A stretch of DNA of 63,984 bases, filler included, from Nitrospirota bacterium (GCA_011620345.1; 6 parts of 6 records of this genome joined end to end with filler, not necessarily neighbours in it), one strand, 5' to 3'; positions 27,772 to 37,925 are shown, numbered from the whole stretch's first letter. Notes: a model not told the origin generated them from the sequence alone. Numbers and translations are program-made.

Positions 27772-30107
27772 AATCTCCTGAGCTTACCCTTCTTAGCGAC
27801 ATTTCCCAGGTAATTTCCAAGTCTCACGACATTCACCAGACGCTAGACGCGATCGTCGGGCTCGTCAAAAGGCGCATGGGCGTAGATTGCTGCTCGCTCT
27901 ACCTCTTAGACCAATCAAGGCGTCAGCTTGTGCTGAAAGCTACAGAGGGGCTGGATAAAGAAGCAATCGGCAAAGTTCGGATGCGCCCCAAAGAGGGGCT
28001 TGTCGGGCTTGTCGCCGAAACAGGTGCGCCCGTGTTCGTCAAGAATGCTTTCGATCATCCGAAATTCAAGTATTTTCCCCAGACGCGAGAAGAGCGCTTC
28101 TCGGCCTTCTTGGGCGTTCCTTTAATTGCAAGGCGCGCCTTGATCGGCGTGCTCGTCGTCCAGACGAAGGAGGGGCGGGACTTCAGCGAGGAAGAAGTCC
28201 AGATGTTCACGACGCTGGCCTCCCAGCTCGGCTCCGTCGTCATGAACGCCGAATTGGTCGACTTGCTGTTCGAGCGCTACTTAGAACCCGGCACCGTAGC
28301 ACAACGAAAGGTAAGCTCTCAGGATGGGCCGAAGGAAGAAAAAGAGCCCCCAAGTAGGCATGCCGTCCTTAAGGGGATCGCCGCTTCCCAGGGAGTGGGT
28401 TTTGGCAGAGCGGCCGTAATTACGCCTCGCTCATTCGAGCACTACCTGCCCGCCCGCCTCAACGTCAACCACGAGCCTCAAAGGGAAACGGCAAGGTTCC
28501 GGCGGGCCGTCCAAGAAACGTTCAAAGAAGTGTCCGCCATTCAAAAAACGATTGCCGAGACGCTTTCCCAAAGAGAGGCAGAGCTGTTCCATGCCCCCCT
28601 TCTTTTGCTAGAGGATGAGCACATGCTAGGGGCAGTGGAGCAGAAAATTTCAGAAGGCATGCTCGTCCCAAAGGCGCTCGAGGCCGTGCTCGAGGAGTAC
28701 CGGCAGGTGTTCGAGAAGATCCCCGACTCTTACCTAAGGGAGCGGTTCTCCGATTTGTCGGACATCGCAAGGAGGATTGCGGAGAACTACGCCAAGCGCA
28801 CGAGGCGCAAGAGGGTTCCAAAAAGAGAGCAGGCGATTTTGGTGTGCGACCCCATCAGTCTCATCTCGCTTGCCGACCTCGAGAACCGTTCCGTGGCCGG
28901 AATCGTCTCGGGTTCTGGCGGGCTCAGCTCGCATGCAATCATTTTGGCGAAGTCGTTCGAGATTCCGGCGGTGATTGACGTCGAGGGGCTACTTTCCGCC
29001 GTGCACGACGGTGACGAGCTCATCGTGGACGGCATTCACGGGGTGGTGATCGTAGAGCCCAACGAAGAGCAGAAGCAGGAGTACCGTTACACCAAGCGTG
29101 TGTATTTGAAAGACCAAAAGGCGCTGCTCCAGCAAGCCTACGCCAAGGCAAGAACGGTGGACGGAGTGGAGGTCGACGTCTTGGCAAACGCCGGAGTTGC
29201 TGCGGATATGGACTTGGCGATCAAGTTTGGGGCCGACGGGATTGGACTTTTTCGGAGCGAGCTTTCGTTCATGGATGCCCGCCATTTTCCGGATGAAGAA
29301 GAGCAATACGGGCTCTACCAGTACATTGTCCAAAAGATGGCCCCCAAGCCCGTTTGTATCCGGACGTTCGACATCGGCGGCGACAAAACAATCGCGTTTT
29401 TTGACCACAAGAACGAGGCCAACCCTTTTATGGGCTGGCGGGCCATCCGAATTTCGCTTGCCCTGCCCATGTTCTTCAAGGCACAGCTCTGGGCCATTCT
29501 GCGGGCGAGCGCCTTAGGGGACGTCAGGATTCTTTTACCGATGATTTCCAGCCTCGAGGAAGTTCAGCAGGTGAAGTCCCTTCTTGAAGAGGCCAAGGGT
29601 GAGCTTAGGGCCAAAGGAGAACCCTTCAACCCCAAGATTCCATTAGGAATCATGGTCGAAATACCGGCTGCGGCGCTGATGATCGAGGAATTGTTAGGCG
29701 CCGTCGATTTTGTCAGTATCGGAACGAACGACCTTATCCAATACTTTTTGGCCGTCGACCGCAACAACGAGCGCGTGGCCAGCCAGTTCGACCCATACCA
29801 CCCGGCTGTTTTGAGGGTTATCTACAAGGTGATTAAGGCCTGCAACCGAGCCATAAAGCCCGTGAGCGTATGCGGGGAAATGGCCGCCGATGCGCTTGCT
29901 TGTCAGATTCTAGTCGGGATGGGCGTAAGGGAGGTTTCTGTGGCACCACAGTTTGTGCCAAAGCTCAAGCTCGCTATTCAACAGGCCTGCGTGAGCGACC
30001 TAGCCCCGTTCATACAAGCGCTCCTCAAGACACGTACGGCCATGGACGCTAAGCGTCTAATCGAGGATAAGTTTGTCAAATTTCCCATTTTGCCGAGAAG
30101 GGTGTAG
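27768..30107 (+). CDS. ptsP: GAF-domain PEP-protein phosphotransferase (EI-Ntr)
   Basis: N-terminal GAF, SSHAIILA phospho-His, GLFRSE, SIGTNDLIQY, CGEMA. Confidence 0.93.
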   Translation: MKSPELTLLSDISQVISKSHDIHQTLDAIVGLVKRRMGVDCCSLYLLDQSRRQLVLKATEGLDKEAIGKVRMRPKEGLVGLVAETGAPVFVKNAFDHPKFKYFPQTREERFSAFLGVPLIARRALIGVLVVQTKEGRDFSEEEVQMFTTLASQLGSVVMNAELVDLLFERYLEPGTVAQRKVSSQDGPKEEKEPPSRHAVLKGIAASQGVGFGRAAVITPRSFEHYLPARLNVNHEPQRETARFRRAVQETFKEVSAIQKTIAETLSQREAELFHAPLLLLEDEHMLGAVEQKISEGMLVPKALEAVLEEYRQVFEKIPDSYLRERFSDLSDIARRIAENYAKRTRRKRVPKREQAILVCDPISLISLADLENRSVAGIVSGSGGLSSHAIILAKSFEIPAVIDVEGLLSAVHDGDELIVDGIHGVVIVEPNEEQKQEYRYTKRVYLKDQKALLQQAYAKARTVDGVEVDVLANAGVAADMDLAIKFGADGIGLFRSELSFMDARHFPDEEEQYGLYQYIVQKMAPKPVCIRTFDIGGDKTIAFFDHKNEANPFMGWRAIRISLALPMFFKAQLWAILRASALGDVRILLPMISSLEEVQQVKSLLEEAKGELRAKGEPFNPKIPLGIMVEIPAAALMIEELLGAVDFVSIGTNDLIQYFLAVDRNNERVASQFDPYHPAVLRVIYKVIKACNRAIKPVSVCGEMAADALACQILVGMGVREVSVAPQFVPKLKLAIQQACVSDLAPFIQALLKTRTAMDAKRLIEDKFVKFPILPRRV

Positions 30108-30109
30108 GT

Positions 30110-30760
30110 ATGAGCACGTTCTTTCGTTGCTGGGCTTTGGGCTTTGCCTTCGTTGTTGCGCCCGTGTTGTCGGCAGCTTCTGTCTATGCCTTGGATTTCG
30201 GGTGTTTACCGGAAATATTCGGGCCATGCTTTTTAAAGGGGCCGCATGCCGATGCGTTGCCTTACAAGACCCCGCCCAAGGGCACGGCCCCCTTTTTTAC
30301 CGAGGCAGCAAAGAAAGACTCGAGCGTACGGGAGGTTCTTAAGAAGGCGGAGCCAGGCTGTTTTCTGTTCGAGGTAAACCCAAAGGCGGCGCCGGTATGG
30401 CTGCAAGGCAGAGCGTGGAAGCTTGGACTGACCTTTAAGAACGGCTGTCCGACGAGTGTAGGCCGTGGGTCAAGGCAGGGGTTTGCCGAATACCTCTTGG
30501 CCAGGCCCTACAGTATGCTCAGCCTTTTGGCGGGCTTAGACGAGGCGGGGGAGGACCCCAAGGCGAGGATGTCCATCCAAATATTTGGCGACGGCAAGGA
30601 GCTTGCCCGCGCGACCTGCCTAAAATTGGGCGAGCCCAAGCTGATGAGCGTTGATCTTAAGGGCGTAAAGCGGCTTACGTTCGTTCTTGGCGTGTACGTT
30701 GCAAGCCCTGGACTCAAGAACCCCGCGAGGGCCTCTATCGCGAGCGTGTACGCCTGGTAG
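30110..30760 (+). CDS. Secreted NPCBM/NEW2-like domain protein
   Basis: Signal-like N-terminus; GLDE, IFGDGKEL, VDLKGVKRL pattern. Confidence 0.6.
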   Translation: MSTFFRCWALGFAFVVAPVLSAASVYALDFGCLPEIFGPCFLKGPHADALPYKTPPKGTAPFFTEAAKKDSSVREVLKKAEPGCFLFEVNPKAAPVWLQGRAWKLGLTFKNGCPTSVGRGSRQGFAEYLLARPYSMLSLLAGLDEAGEDPKARMSIQIFGDGKELARATCLKLGEPKLMSVDLKGVKRLTFVLGVYVASPGLKNPARASIASVYAW

Positions 30761-30770
30761 GCTTATAGAT

Positions 30771-31529
30771 ATGGACGTCGTTCAGGCCATGCACCAAAGA
30801 AAGAGCATCCGGGGGTTTTTGCCAACCCCCGTTCCCAAGGAGGTTATCGTGGAGGTCCTCGAGGCGGCCGTAAGGGCGCCTTCCTCCGAGAACATCCAGC
30901 CCTGGAAGTTCTACGTGCTCGGGGGCAAAGTGCTCGAGACGCTAAAGGACAAGGTTATGGAGCAGATTGAGTCCGGGAAGGCGCCCGAGCCCGAGTTTCC
31001 GACCTACATGACGATGAACCTGCCCCAGAAATACCGCAGCAGGATGGTTGAACTGGGCAAGGCGCTCTTTGGGCTCGCCGGCATAGAGCGCCACGACATG
31101 GAAGGCAGGAGGCTTTGGTACTCGAAAATGATGCGCTTTTTCGAGGCCCCCAACGCCGTCGTCATCACGGTTGACGAGGAGATCTCGACGTTTTCTTCCA
31201 TCTTCAGCGTCGGCTGCGTAACGATGGCTATCGCACTGGCCGCTTTGCCTTTTGGGCTTGGCACCTGCATCCAGCACGCGGGCGTCCTCTACCCGGATGT
31301 GATTCGCGAGGTCGCCAAAGTCCCCAAGACAGAGAAAATCGTGATGAGCGTCGCGATCGGCTACCCCGACCCGGCTTTCAAGGCCAACCGCCTTGTGAGC
31401 CCGCGCGTTCCTTTGGAAGAGGTGGCCACGTTTCTTGGCGTTTCGGAAGAAGTACCTTATCCAGGGGGGGCGTTGTCGTCTTGCAGCAGGCCTTCTGTTG
31501 ATAATAATACGACCAATGGTGTATTTTAA
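30771..31529 (+). CDS. Nitroreductase family protein
   Basis: RKSIRGF, RAPSSENIQPW, GLGTC, VAIGYPD; last ~30 aa look like a non-conserved tail. Confidence 0.9.
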   Translation: MDVVQAMHQRKSIRGFLPTPVPKEVIVEVLEAAVRAPSSENIQPWKFYVLGGKVLETLKDKVMEQIESGKAPEPEFPTYMTMNLPQKYRSRMVELGKALFGLAGIERHDMEGRRLWYSKMMRFFEAPNAVVITVDEEISTFSSIFSVGCVTMAIALAALPFGLGTCIQHAGVLYPDVIREVAKVPKTEKIVMSVAIGYPDPAFKANRLVSPRVPLEEVATFLGVSEEVPYPGGALSSCSRPSVDNNTTNGVF

Positions 31530-31574
31530 GTAAATAGGGGCTCAGAAAAATTCATCCAAAAAAGGAGGATGGCG

Positions 31575-31748
31575 ATGGTCAAAAAGCTCACCAAAAAAGG
31601 CCCTGAGCTTGCGCTCGGAAGGGTTCTAGGGTCGGCCTCGCCTTTTGCGAAGAAAGGCCCGCAGGGGCCGCAAGGCGGCATGGGCGGAGGTATGGGAATG
31701 GGTGGCGGGGGTGGAATGGGCATGGGAGGAAACTGCCCTTACATGTAA
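31575..31748 (+). CDS. 57-aa Gly/Met-rich small protein (absent from the ORF track)
   Basis: AAGGAGG RBS; hand translation MVKKLTKKGPELALGRVLGSASPFAKKGPQGPQGGMGGGMGMGGGGGMGMGGNCPYM*. Confidence 0.65.
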   Translation: MVKKLTKKGPELALGRVLGSASPFAKKGPQGPQGGMGGGMGMGGGGGMGMGGNCPYM

Positions 31749-31762
31749 GCCCGAATTGTTCT

Positions 31763-31794
31763 GCGCGGAGGGGGCGTTTTCAGCCCCTCCGCGC
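31763..31794. terminator. Hairpin between the small ORF and convergent selC
   Basis: GCGCGGAGGGG...CCCCTCCGCGC 11-bp stem. Confidence 0.6.
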
Positions 31795-31845
31795 CCTCTC
31801 CCCCCTCCCTTTAGATGCCATAAAAAGCCTTTGCTTTGGAAAATT

Positions 31846-31938
31846 TGGCGGAAGCGTGTGGGAATCGAACCCACCGTACCTTTATGGGGTACCGCTGGAT
31901 TTGAAGTCCAGGCAGGCCACCAGGCCCGATCCGCTTCC
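31846..31938 (-). tRNA. selC: tRNA-Sec (UCA)
   Basis: 93 nt GGAAGCG...CGCTTCCGCCA; anticodon arm CTGGA-CTTCAAA-TCCAG; long variable arm; GGTTCGATTCC T-loop; downstream of selB. Confidence 0.97.
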
Positions 31939-32012
31939 AGAACGAATGGCGAACTCCACTTTAGTCTAGGCGATGGCTCAAGTCCGATCAAGCCCCGCAT
32001 TTGGTTGGGGCC

Positions 32013-33935
32013 TCAGGCTTCCGCGAGCGTTCGTGCATCCCCGACGCGCCGGGTAAACCGAACCCGGTCGAAGTACTCCAGAAGCGGAATGACGACCTTA
32101 CGGCTCGAACCCAGCGCGTCGCGCAACTCACCAACACCCACAGGCCCTTTTTGCCGGATGAGTTCTTGTATCCTCGTTTTTGCCCGCTCGAGCGTCTCTT
32201 TTGGAAGAATGAGGTCTTCTTTTAGCCGGATGAACTCTCCTTGCTCGAGCAAATAGGCGAGCAGCTCGAACGCTTCGTCCCGGTTCAAGCCGAGACCCTC
32301 AAGGGCTTCCTCCCAGCTTGGAGGCTGGAATTGAGCCTTCAAAAGCCGCTCGATCGCAACCTCGCCCGCCTTGGCAAGCTTGTCCGGAAGCGCGGGCGAA
32401 AACCCCTCGAGGGCAACGAACTCGCCTTTGAGTCGGACGGTTCCCCCGCTCTCGAGCGCTTCGAGCAAAATCCCAAACCCCCTCGGTTCGATTCCCTTTC
32501 CGAGCTTTTCCCGAATCAGCTCCCTGGAGATTCCGGCCCTTGCGGGGTGGGCCTTGTGGAATGGCGTAAGGAGCTCCACGACCCCTCTTCGGAGCCAATC
32601 GAGCGCCGCTCCTCCTACCCACAAGCGCTTGCCATCGAGGCTGAAAGCGAGCGCTTTACCCGTTTGCTCGAGGCCTTTTAGGGACAAAAGAGCTTGAGGA
32701 AGCTGCTCTTGGGGTAGAGCAAGCCTTTGTACGAGTGCCTCTTCGCTCAACAGCTCAAGGTTCCCCAGGGCGTCCTCGATCAAGTCTTCCAAGGTGCCTT
32801 CGAGCTTTTTCCTCAGGCTTTTGGCAAGCTCGGCCTTCTTGGTGCGCGTTTGAGCCCCGGCAAGCTGGACGACCTCGCCGCCCCCGATCGTCACCATGGG
32901 GGAGTACGACCGGATCACGAACCTATCCTTAGGGGCGGCCACGACGGGTGATTCAAGCAAAATTCTGGCCAGCCCGCTTTTGCCGGGTTCGAGCGTTTGG
33001 TCTTCCAAAAGAACTGCCCTTCCTAGCACCTCGGCCGTGCCCAGGTAAAAGTGTACCCTCTGGCGTTGTTTGAGCGGCTTGGCTTCTGCAAGAAGGTCGA
33101 TCGCCACATCAAGCCTTAGGACCGCGTCAAAAGAGCCCGGTGTTACGAGCACGTCTCCCCTTTTGAGTTCTTCTGTACCGACCCCTGTTAAATTGACGGC
33201 CACCCTCTGTCCTGCAAGCGCCCTCTCAACCTTTTGGTCGTGAACCTCTAGGCCTCTTATGCGCGCCTTGATTCCCTTTGGAAGGATCACGAGCTCGATT
33301 CCAGGCTTAAGTGTTCCAGACCAAAGCGTCCCCGTAACGACCGTTCCAAAGCCCTTAAGCGTGAACACCCTGTCAATCGGCAAGCGGACGGGGCCGCCCT
33401 CGGGCTTGGGCGTCGTTTTGGAAGCGAGCGTATCGAGCGCTTCAAGGAGCTCGTCCAGTCCCTCTCGGGTCTTGGCCGATACGGCGAGGATGGGTGCGTC
33501 TTGAAGGAAGGTTCTTTTCAGCGCGCCTCGTAGGTCGTCTTTGACCATACTCAGCCATTCATCATCCACAAGGTCTTTCTTTGTAAGGACAACCAGGCCT
33601 TTTTGTGTATGCAAGAGGTCTAAAATCGCCAAATGCTCGAGCGTCTGGGGCATGACGCCTTCGTCCGCCGCGACGACGAGCACGCCTAAGTCCATGCCGG
33701 CGGCGCCAGCCAGCATCTGCCGGATGAAGCGCTCGTGGCCGGGCACGTCCACAAGCCCCAGTATTTTGCCGGAAGGAAGCTTAAGCGGAGCAAACCCAAG
33801 CTCGATCGAGATGCCCCGCTCCTTTTCTTCCTTTAGCCTGTCCGTGTCGATGCCCGTCAGCGCCTGGACGAGCCAGGTCTTGCCGTGATCGATATGGCCC
33901 GCAGTCCCGACGATGACGTAGTCCTCAGCCCCCAT
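32013..33935 (-). CDS. selB: Selenocysteine-specific elongation factor
   Basis: GTAGHIDHGKT, RGISIELGF, DVPGHERF, C-terminal SRK..IPLLEYFD winged helix. Confidence 0.97.
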   Translation of the reverse strand: MGAEDYVIVGTAGHIDHGKTWLVQALTGIDTDRLKEEKERGISIELGFAPLKLPSGKILGLVDVPGHERFIRQMLAGAAGMDLGVLVVAADEGVMPQTLEHLAILDLLHTQKGLVVLTKKDLVDDEWLSMVKDDLRGALKRTFLQDAPILAVSAKTREGLDELLEALDTLASKTTPKPEGGPVRLPIDRVFTLKGFGTVVTGTLWSGTLKPGIELVILPKGIKARIRGLEVHDQKVERALAGQRVAVNLTGVGTEELKRGDVLVTPGSFDAVLRLDVAIDLLAEAKPLKQRQRVHFYLGTAEVLGRAVLLEDQTLEPGKSGLARILLESPVVAAPKDRFVIRSYSPMVTIGGGEVVQLAGAQTRTKKAELAKSLRKKLEGTLEDLIEDALGNLELLSEEALVQRLALPQEQLPQALLSLKGLEQTGKALAFSLDGKRLWVGGAALDWLRRGVVELLTPFHKAHPARAGISRELIREKLGKGIEPRGFGILLEALESGGTVRLKGEFVALEGFSPALPDKLAKAGEVAIERLLKAQFQPPSWEEALEGLGLNRDEAFELLAYLLEQGEFIRLKEDLILPKETLERAKTRIQELIRQKGPVGVGELRDALGSSRKVVIPLLEYFDRVRFTRRVGDARTLAEA

Positions 33936-35346
33936 TCTCGCTTCTCCTTCCCAAAACATCGGCAAGGGCGCTGTAAACGAGGTCTTCTTCTTGGGGCAGG
34001 ATTGTCCGCACGTCCAAAAGCACTCTTCCCTCTCGCTCTACACCCACGACGGGGGGGTTGGCCGTACGCAGCGCGGCTCCGAGCTCCTCGGCCTTCATAC
34101 CAGCTACCTGAAGCCCTATGGCGTAGGAGGGCAGGGAGGCTTGGGGTAGCGCTCCGCCACCCACTTTGCCTTCAAGCGGTACTACGTGAATTTCCACGGC
34201 GTCGCCTAGCGTTTGCTTGAGGCTCGAGGCAAGCCTCGAGGCCCTAGCTTCGAGCTCCTTCGGCTTTTGGGAGAGCATCGAAAGGGCTGGGATTTCCCGT
34301 ATCGCCTTTTGGGGTTCAAGGTAGGACAGAAGCGTGGCTTCGAGCGCTCCAAGAATGAGCTTGTCCACACGAAGCGCCCGCATAAGCGGGTGCTTGGCCA
34401 TGGCCTCGATCATCGCCCGCTTCCCGGCTGCAATGCCGGCCTGAGGCCCTCCAAGGAGCTTATCTCCGCTGAAGCACACCACGTCCGCCCCGGCCGCCAC
34501 GATTTCTTGAACGGTCGGCTCGCTTGGAAGGCCTTTGGGGCCAAGCGGAACGAGGCATCCGCTTCCCAAATCCACGAGCATCAAAAGCCCTCTTTCGTGG
34601 GCAAGGGCTGCGAGCTCCTGGGTGGGTACGCTATGGTGAAAGCCAACAATCCGGAAGTTCGAGGGGTGTACCTCGAGTAGCGCCGCCGTCTCGGGGCCGA
34701 TCGCGCGTTCGTAGTCTTTTAGGTAGGTTTTGTTCGTCGTGCCGACTTCGACGAGCTTGACGCCCGCCTGGGCCATGACTTCGGGGATACGGAAAGACCC
34801 GCCGATCTCGACGAGCTCGCCCCTCGATATGACCGCTTCTTTGCCGCTGGCTAGGCCAGAGAGCATCAAAAGGACGGCGGCCGCGTTGTTGTTCACGACA
34901 AGCGCCGCTTGGGCGCCCGTAAGGCTTGTCAAGAGAGGTTGGATATGGCTTACGCGCTTGCCGCGCTTTCCAGATTCAAGTTCGAACTCCAGGTTGCAGT
35001 ATCCTTGGGCAAGCTCGAAAACCCTTTTGGCCGCGTGCGATGGGAGCGGTGCCCTGCCAAGGTTTGTGTGCAAAACGACCCCGGTGGCGTTGATGACGCG
35101 CTTAAGGTGAAACCCGCTTGCTTCAAGCCTTTGCTCGACCTCTTCGACGAGGCCTTCTAGATCGGCCTGGCGGTCCACGCTGTCCGAGCCTAAGTTTTCC
35201 CTCAGGCTTTGGAGCGTATCCCGGATGGCCGCGAGCACTAAGGGCCTTGGGTAGCGCTCGAGCATCGTTTGGACAGCATCGTGCTCCAAAAGCCGGTCGG
35301 TCTTGGGGATGTGCCGGGAAAGGCCCGGGTCTGGCGTTTCTCTCAT
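33925..35346 (-). CDS. selA: L-seryl-tRNA(Sec) selenium transferase
   Basis: INATGVVLHTNLGRA, VNNNAAA, EIGGSFRIP, FSGDKLLGGPQAG; ATG overlaps the selD stop. Confidence 0.97.
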   Translation of the reverse strand: MRETPDPGLSRHIPKTDRLLEHDAVQTMLERYPRPLVLAAIRDTLQSLRENLGSDSVDRQADLEGLVEEVEQRLEASGFHLKRVINATGVVLHTNLGRAPLPSHAAKRVFELAQGYCNLEFELESGKRGKRVSHIQPLLTSLTGAQAALVVNNNAAAVLLMLSGLASGKEAVISRGELVEIGGSFRIPEVMAQAGVKLVEVGTTNKTYLKDYERAIGPETAALLEVHPSNFRIVGFHHSVPTQELAALAHERGLLMLVDLGSGCLVPLGPKGLPSEPTVQEIVAAGADVVCFSGDKLLGGPQAGIAAGKRAMIEAMAKHPLMRALRVDKLILGALEATLLSYLEPQKAIREIPALSMLSQKPKELEARASRLASSLKQTLGDAVEIHVVPLEGKVGGGALPQASLPSYAIGLQVAGMKAEELGAALRTANPPVVGVEREGRVLLDVRTILPQEEDLVYSALADVLGRRSENGG

Positions 35347-36407
35347 GCAACCACCAAGGTTCCTTTGGGGGCTTCTAGCACTTTCCCGATAAGCCTGGCA
35401 CTCAAAACCCCCGCTTGATGAAGACCGGAAAGCAGGGCCTCTGCACGGTCTTCGGGCACGCTGATCAAAAGCCCGCCCGAGGTCTGGGGGTCGGCAAGCA
35501 GCCACTTGAGGGGTTCTGGCACTCGGGGCGAAAGGCTCACGGAGCCCTCCTTGAAAGCAAGGTTCCTCTTTGCCCCTCCTGGATACACGCCTTCTTCTGC
35601 AAACTTAAGCGCGAGCGGATCGATCGGGACAGCGTTCGCCTCTATCTTTAAGCAAACCCCCGAACCCGTCGCCATTTCCAGCGCATGGCCCAAAAGGCCA
35701 AAGCCCGTGATGTCCGTGCAGGAGTTCACGCCTATTTTTAGCATGCAGTCTTTCGCCTTGACGTTGAGCGCAAGCATGCTCTCAAGCATGGCCTGCATGT
35801 CGGCTTCTTTAATCAGCCCGAGCCTGAGGGCCGTGGTGAGAATCCCGCTGCCCAGCGGCTTTGTTAGGATCACCCTGTCTTTTGGCCTTGCTGCCTTGTT
35901 TGTCAGGGTCTTTGCTGGATGAGCCGTGCCGATCACGCAAAGCCCGTACTTCGGCACGCCGTCTTCGATCGTATGGCCGCCCACCAGCAGCGCTCCCGCC
36001 TCTTTAACTTTATCGAACCCGCCTTTCAGAATCGCCTCGAGCACTTCGGTTCCAAGATCCTTGCAAGGAAACGCCACGACGTTGAGCGCAAGGATGGGAT
36101 CGCCCCCCATCGCGTAGACATCCGACAGCGCGTTGGCCGCCGTAACCTGGCCGAAGAGGTATGGGTCGTCCAAAAGCGGCGGAAAAAAGTCCACCGTGGC
36201 GATCAGCGCAAGGTCTTCCCTTAGGCGGTAGACCGCCGCGTCATCGCTCGTTTCCATCCCCACGAGCAGTCTAGGATCGATCGGCTTGGGGAAGTGCTCC
36301 AGGATGCGGGCCAGGACCCCCGGCCCCACCTTGGAAGCTCAACCCCCGCCGGGTGCGAGCGTGCTCAGGCGCACTTTCTGACCATCCGTTGGAGTTGTAG
36401 GTTTCAT
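35343..36407 (-). CDS. selD: Selenide, water dikinase; selenoprotein (UGA at 36339-36341)
   Basis: Frame extends upstream through TGA: ...VRLSTLAPGGG-U-ASKVGP; DDAAVY, ANALSDVYAMGG, DITGFGLLGH, DPQTSGGLL. Confidence 0.95.
36304..36329 (-). promoter_or_regulatory. Putative bacterial SECIS hairpin in selD
   Basis: GGGCCGG-GGGTC-CTGGCCC stem-loop starting ~12 nt after the UGA. Confidence 0.65.
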
Positions 36408-36532
36408 CGTTCATCCGGGATAAATTGTATACTGCTACTCTCCATACAATACCACAGACTTAGGTTGAAGGCTAGCTGCCGATGTAATACCTTGCGTCCC
36501 ATTCGTCCCTTTATGCCTTCCTTTCAATAGGC

Positions 36533-36632
36533 NNNNNNNNNNNNNNNNNNNNNNNNNNNNNNNNNNNNNNNNNNNNTTAATTAATTAANNNNNNNNNNNN
36601 NNNNNNNNNNNNNNNNNNNNNNNNNNNNNNNN
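36533..36632. other. Artificial contig spacer
   Basis: N44-TTAATTAATTAA-N44. Confidence 0.98.
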
Positions 36633-37026
36633 TCCGGTTGAAGACGCCAAGAACCGAACCTATCTCTGCAACCCGCAAGTCGCACCAGAGCGCAAGCTCG
36701 AGCCCTCCCGCCACGGCATACCCAGAGATGGCCGCGATGACGGGCTTGGAAAGCCGCATTCTTGTCGGCCCCATGGGGCCGGGCTCAGACATGCCCTCGC
36801 TTAGCACGTTGGGCCGGCCATGGGCGATGGCCCTTAGGTCTGCCCCGGCGCAGAAATGCCCCCCTTGCCCCCAGAGCACGGCCACGGAAAGCTCCTCGTT
36901 CTCCTCAAACCTTTGAAAGGCCTCGAAAAGCTCGGCTGCGGTTTCTCGATCGAGGGCGTTGCGTACCTCCGGGCGGCTTAAGATGATCGTCGCAACCTTG
37001 CCTTGGCGTTCCAGGTCAATGGCCAC
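36633..37026 (-). CDS. Enoyl-CoA hydratase/crotonase family, cut by the gap
   Basis: RPEVRNAL, FCAGADL, KPVIAAISGYAVAGGLELALWCDLR. Confidence 0.92.
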
Positions 37027-37270
37027 GTTGCCCCCTTTCTAGACTCACGACAAAGATTCCTGGATTTCTACGGTCCACTTTTAAAATCGCTTGCAGCCCC
37101 CCGAATCGGCCCTAAATCTTTTCACTAGGCGCCACAGATAGGAAGGAAACAATAAAAAGACGGCGGGGCGACGCTCGGAGTGCTCGTCTGAAAGAGGCTG
37201 AAGGTTAAGCGGGTTAAGCGGCAAGAAAAGCCAGCTTCCGGCTGTTTGCTAGGAGGTAAAGTGCATTCCC

Positions 37271-37726
37271 CTAATCCGCTTCGATCTCCGGGCCGTGGCT
37301 TCCAGTAATGTATTTTTTTAGCTCCCGGATGGTAAATTTCTGGTCTGAAATGGTTTCTTTTACCACGTCGCCTATGCTTATGACCCCGACAACACCGCCT
37401 TCATCCAGGACGGGCAAATGCCGGATTCTTTGAAGCGTCATTATCGCCATACAGGTGTTGATGTCGTCGCTTAAGCCCACGCAGAAAACCCCCCTTTCCA
37501 TCAGCTCGCTCACGAGGGTGTCCTTCGATGCTCGCCCTTGCAAGATGACCTTGCGGGCATAGTCTCTTTCAGAAAAAACCCCTGCCAGCTTGCCATCGTC
37601 TAAAACCAATACTGCACCGACGTTATGTTCCGCCATGACTTCAAGCGCCTCAAAGACCGTCGCCTGAGGTGAAACAGACCGCACGTCGCTCCCTTTTTTT
37701 CTAAGAATATCCCTGACGTAAACCAT
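37271..37726 (-). CDS. CBS domain protein
   Basis: Tandem CBS: GVFSERDYARK, RIRHLPV, ISIGDVVK; RBS GGAGG. Confidence 0.92.
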   Translation of the reverse strand: MVYVRDILRKKGSDVRSVSPQATVFEALEVMAEHNVGAVLVLDDGKLAGVFSERDYARKVILQGRASKDTLVSELMERGVFCVGLSDDINTCMAIMTLQRIRHLPVLDEGGVVGVISIGDVVKETISDQKFTIRELKKYITGSHGPEIEAD

Positions 37727-37895
37727 GAGAGCCCTCCCGCTGATTCCTAGTAGAAAAATCAATTTGGATTCTCTATCTATCATTTGACACTGTTCAAGGC
37801 GAAAAAATCAAGGTCTCGCTTGGTCCACGACTCAAAGTCCCCCCTTTTTTTTAGAACGGGAGAGTTTTTTGGAAGGAAGCGCGAAGGCGTTCGAA

Positions 37896-37925
37896 TTGAC
37901 TACGAACGGGGGGAGGGTGTATTTT
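37896..37925 (+). promoter_or_regulatory. Putative sigma70 promoter for cupin-fprA
   Basis: TTGACT-N18-TATTTT; similar TTGATA-N18-TATTTT at 31498-31527. Confidence 0.4.

Noticed and set aside
31734-31745. CPYM as a prenylation substrate of the ICMT-family enzyme at 8696
   Set aside because: Different contigs and no CaaX prenyltransferase evidence
31750-31850. selC as an island integration site
   Set aside because: No integrase or duplicated tRNA 3' end seen on the contig
31645-32256. ORFs spanning tRNA-Sec
   Set aside because: Chance translations of selC and antisense selB
37784-37797. TTGAC-N4-TTCAA as an FNR/CRP-family box
   Set aside because: Mismatch in both half-sites and single occurrence; context fits but support is too weak
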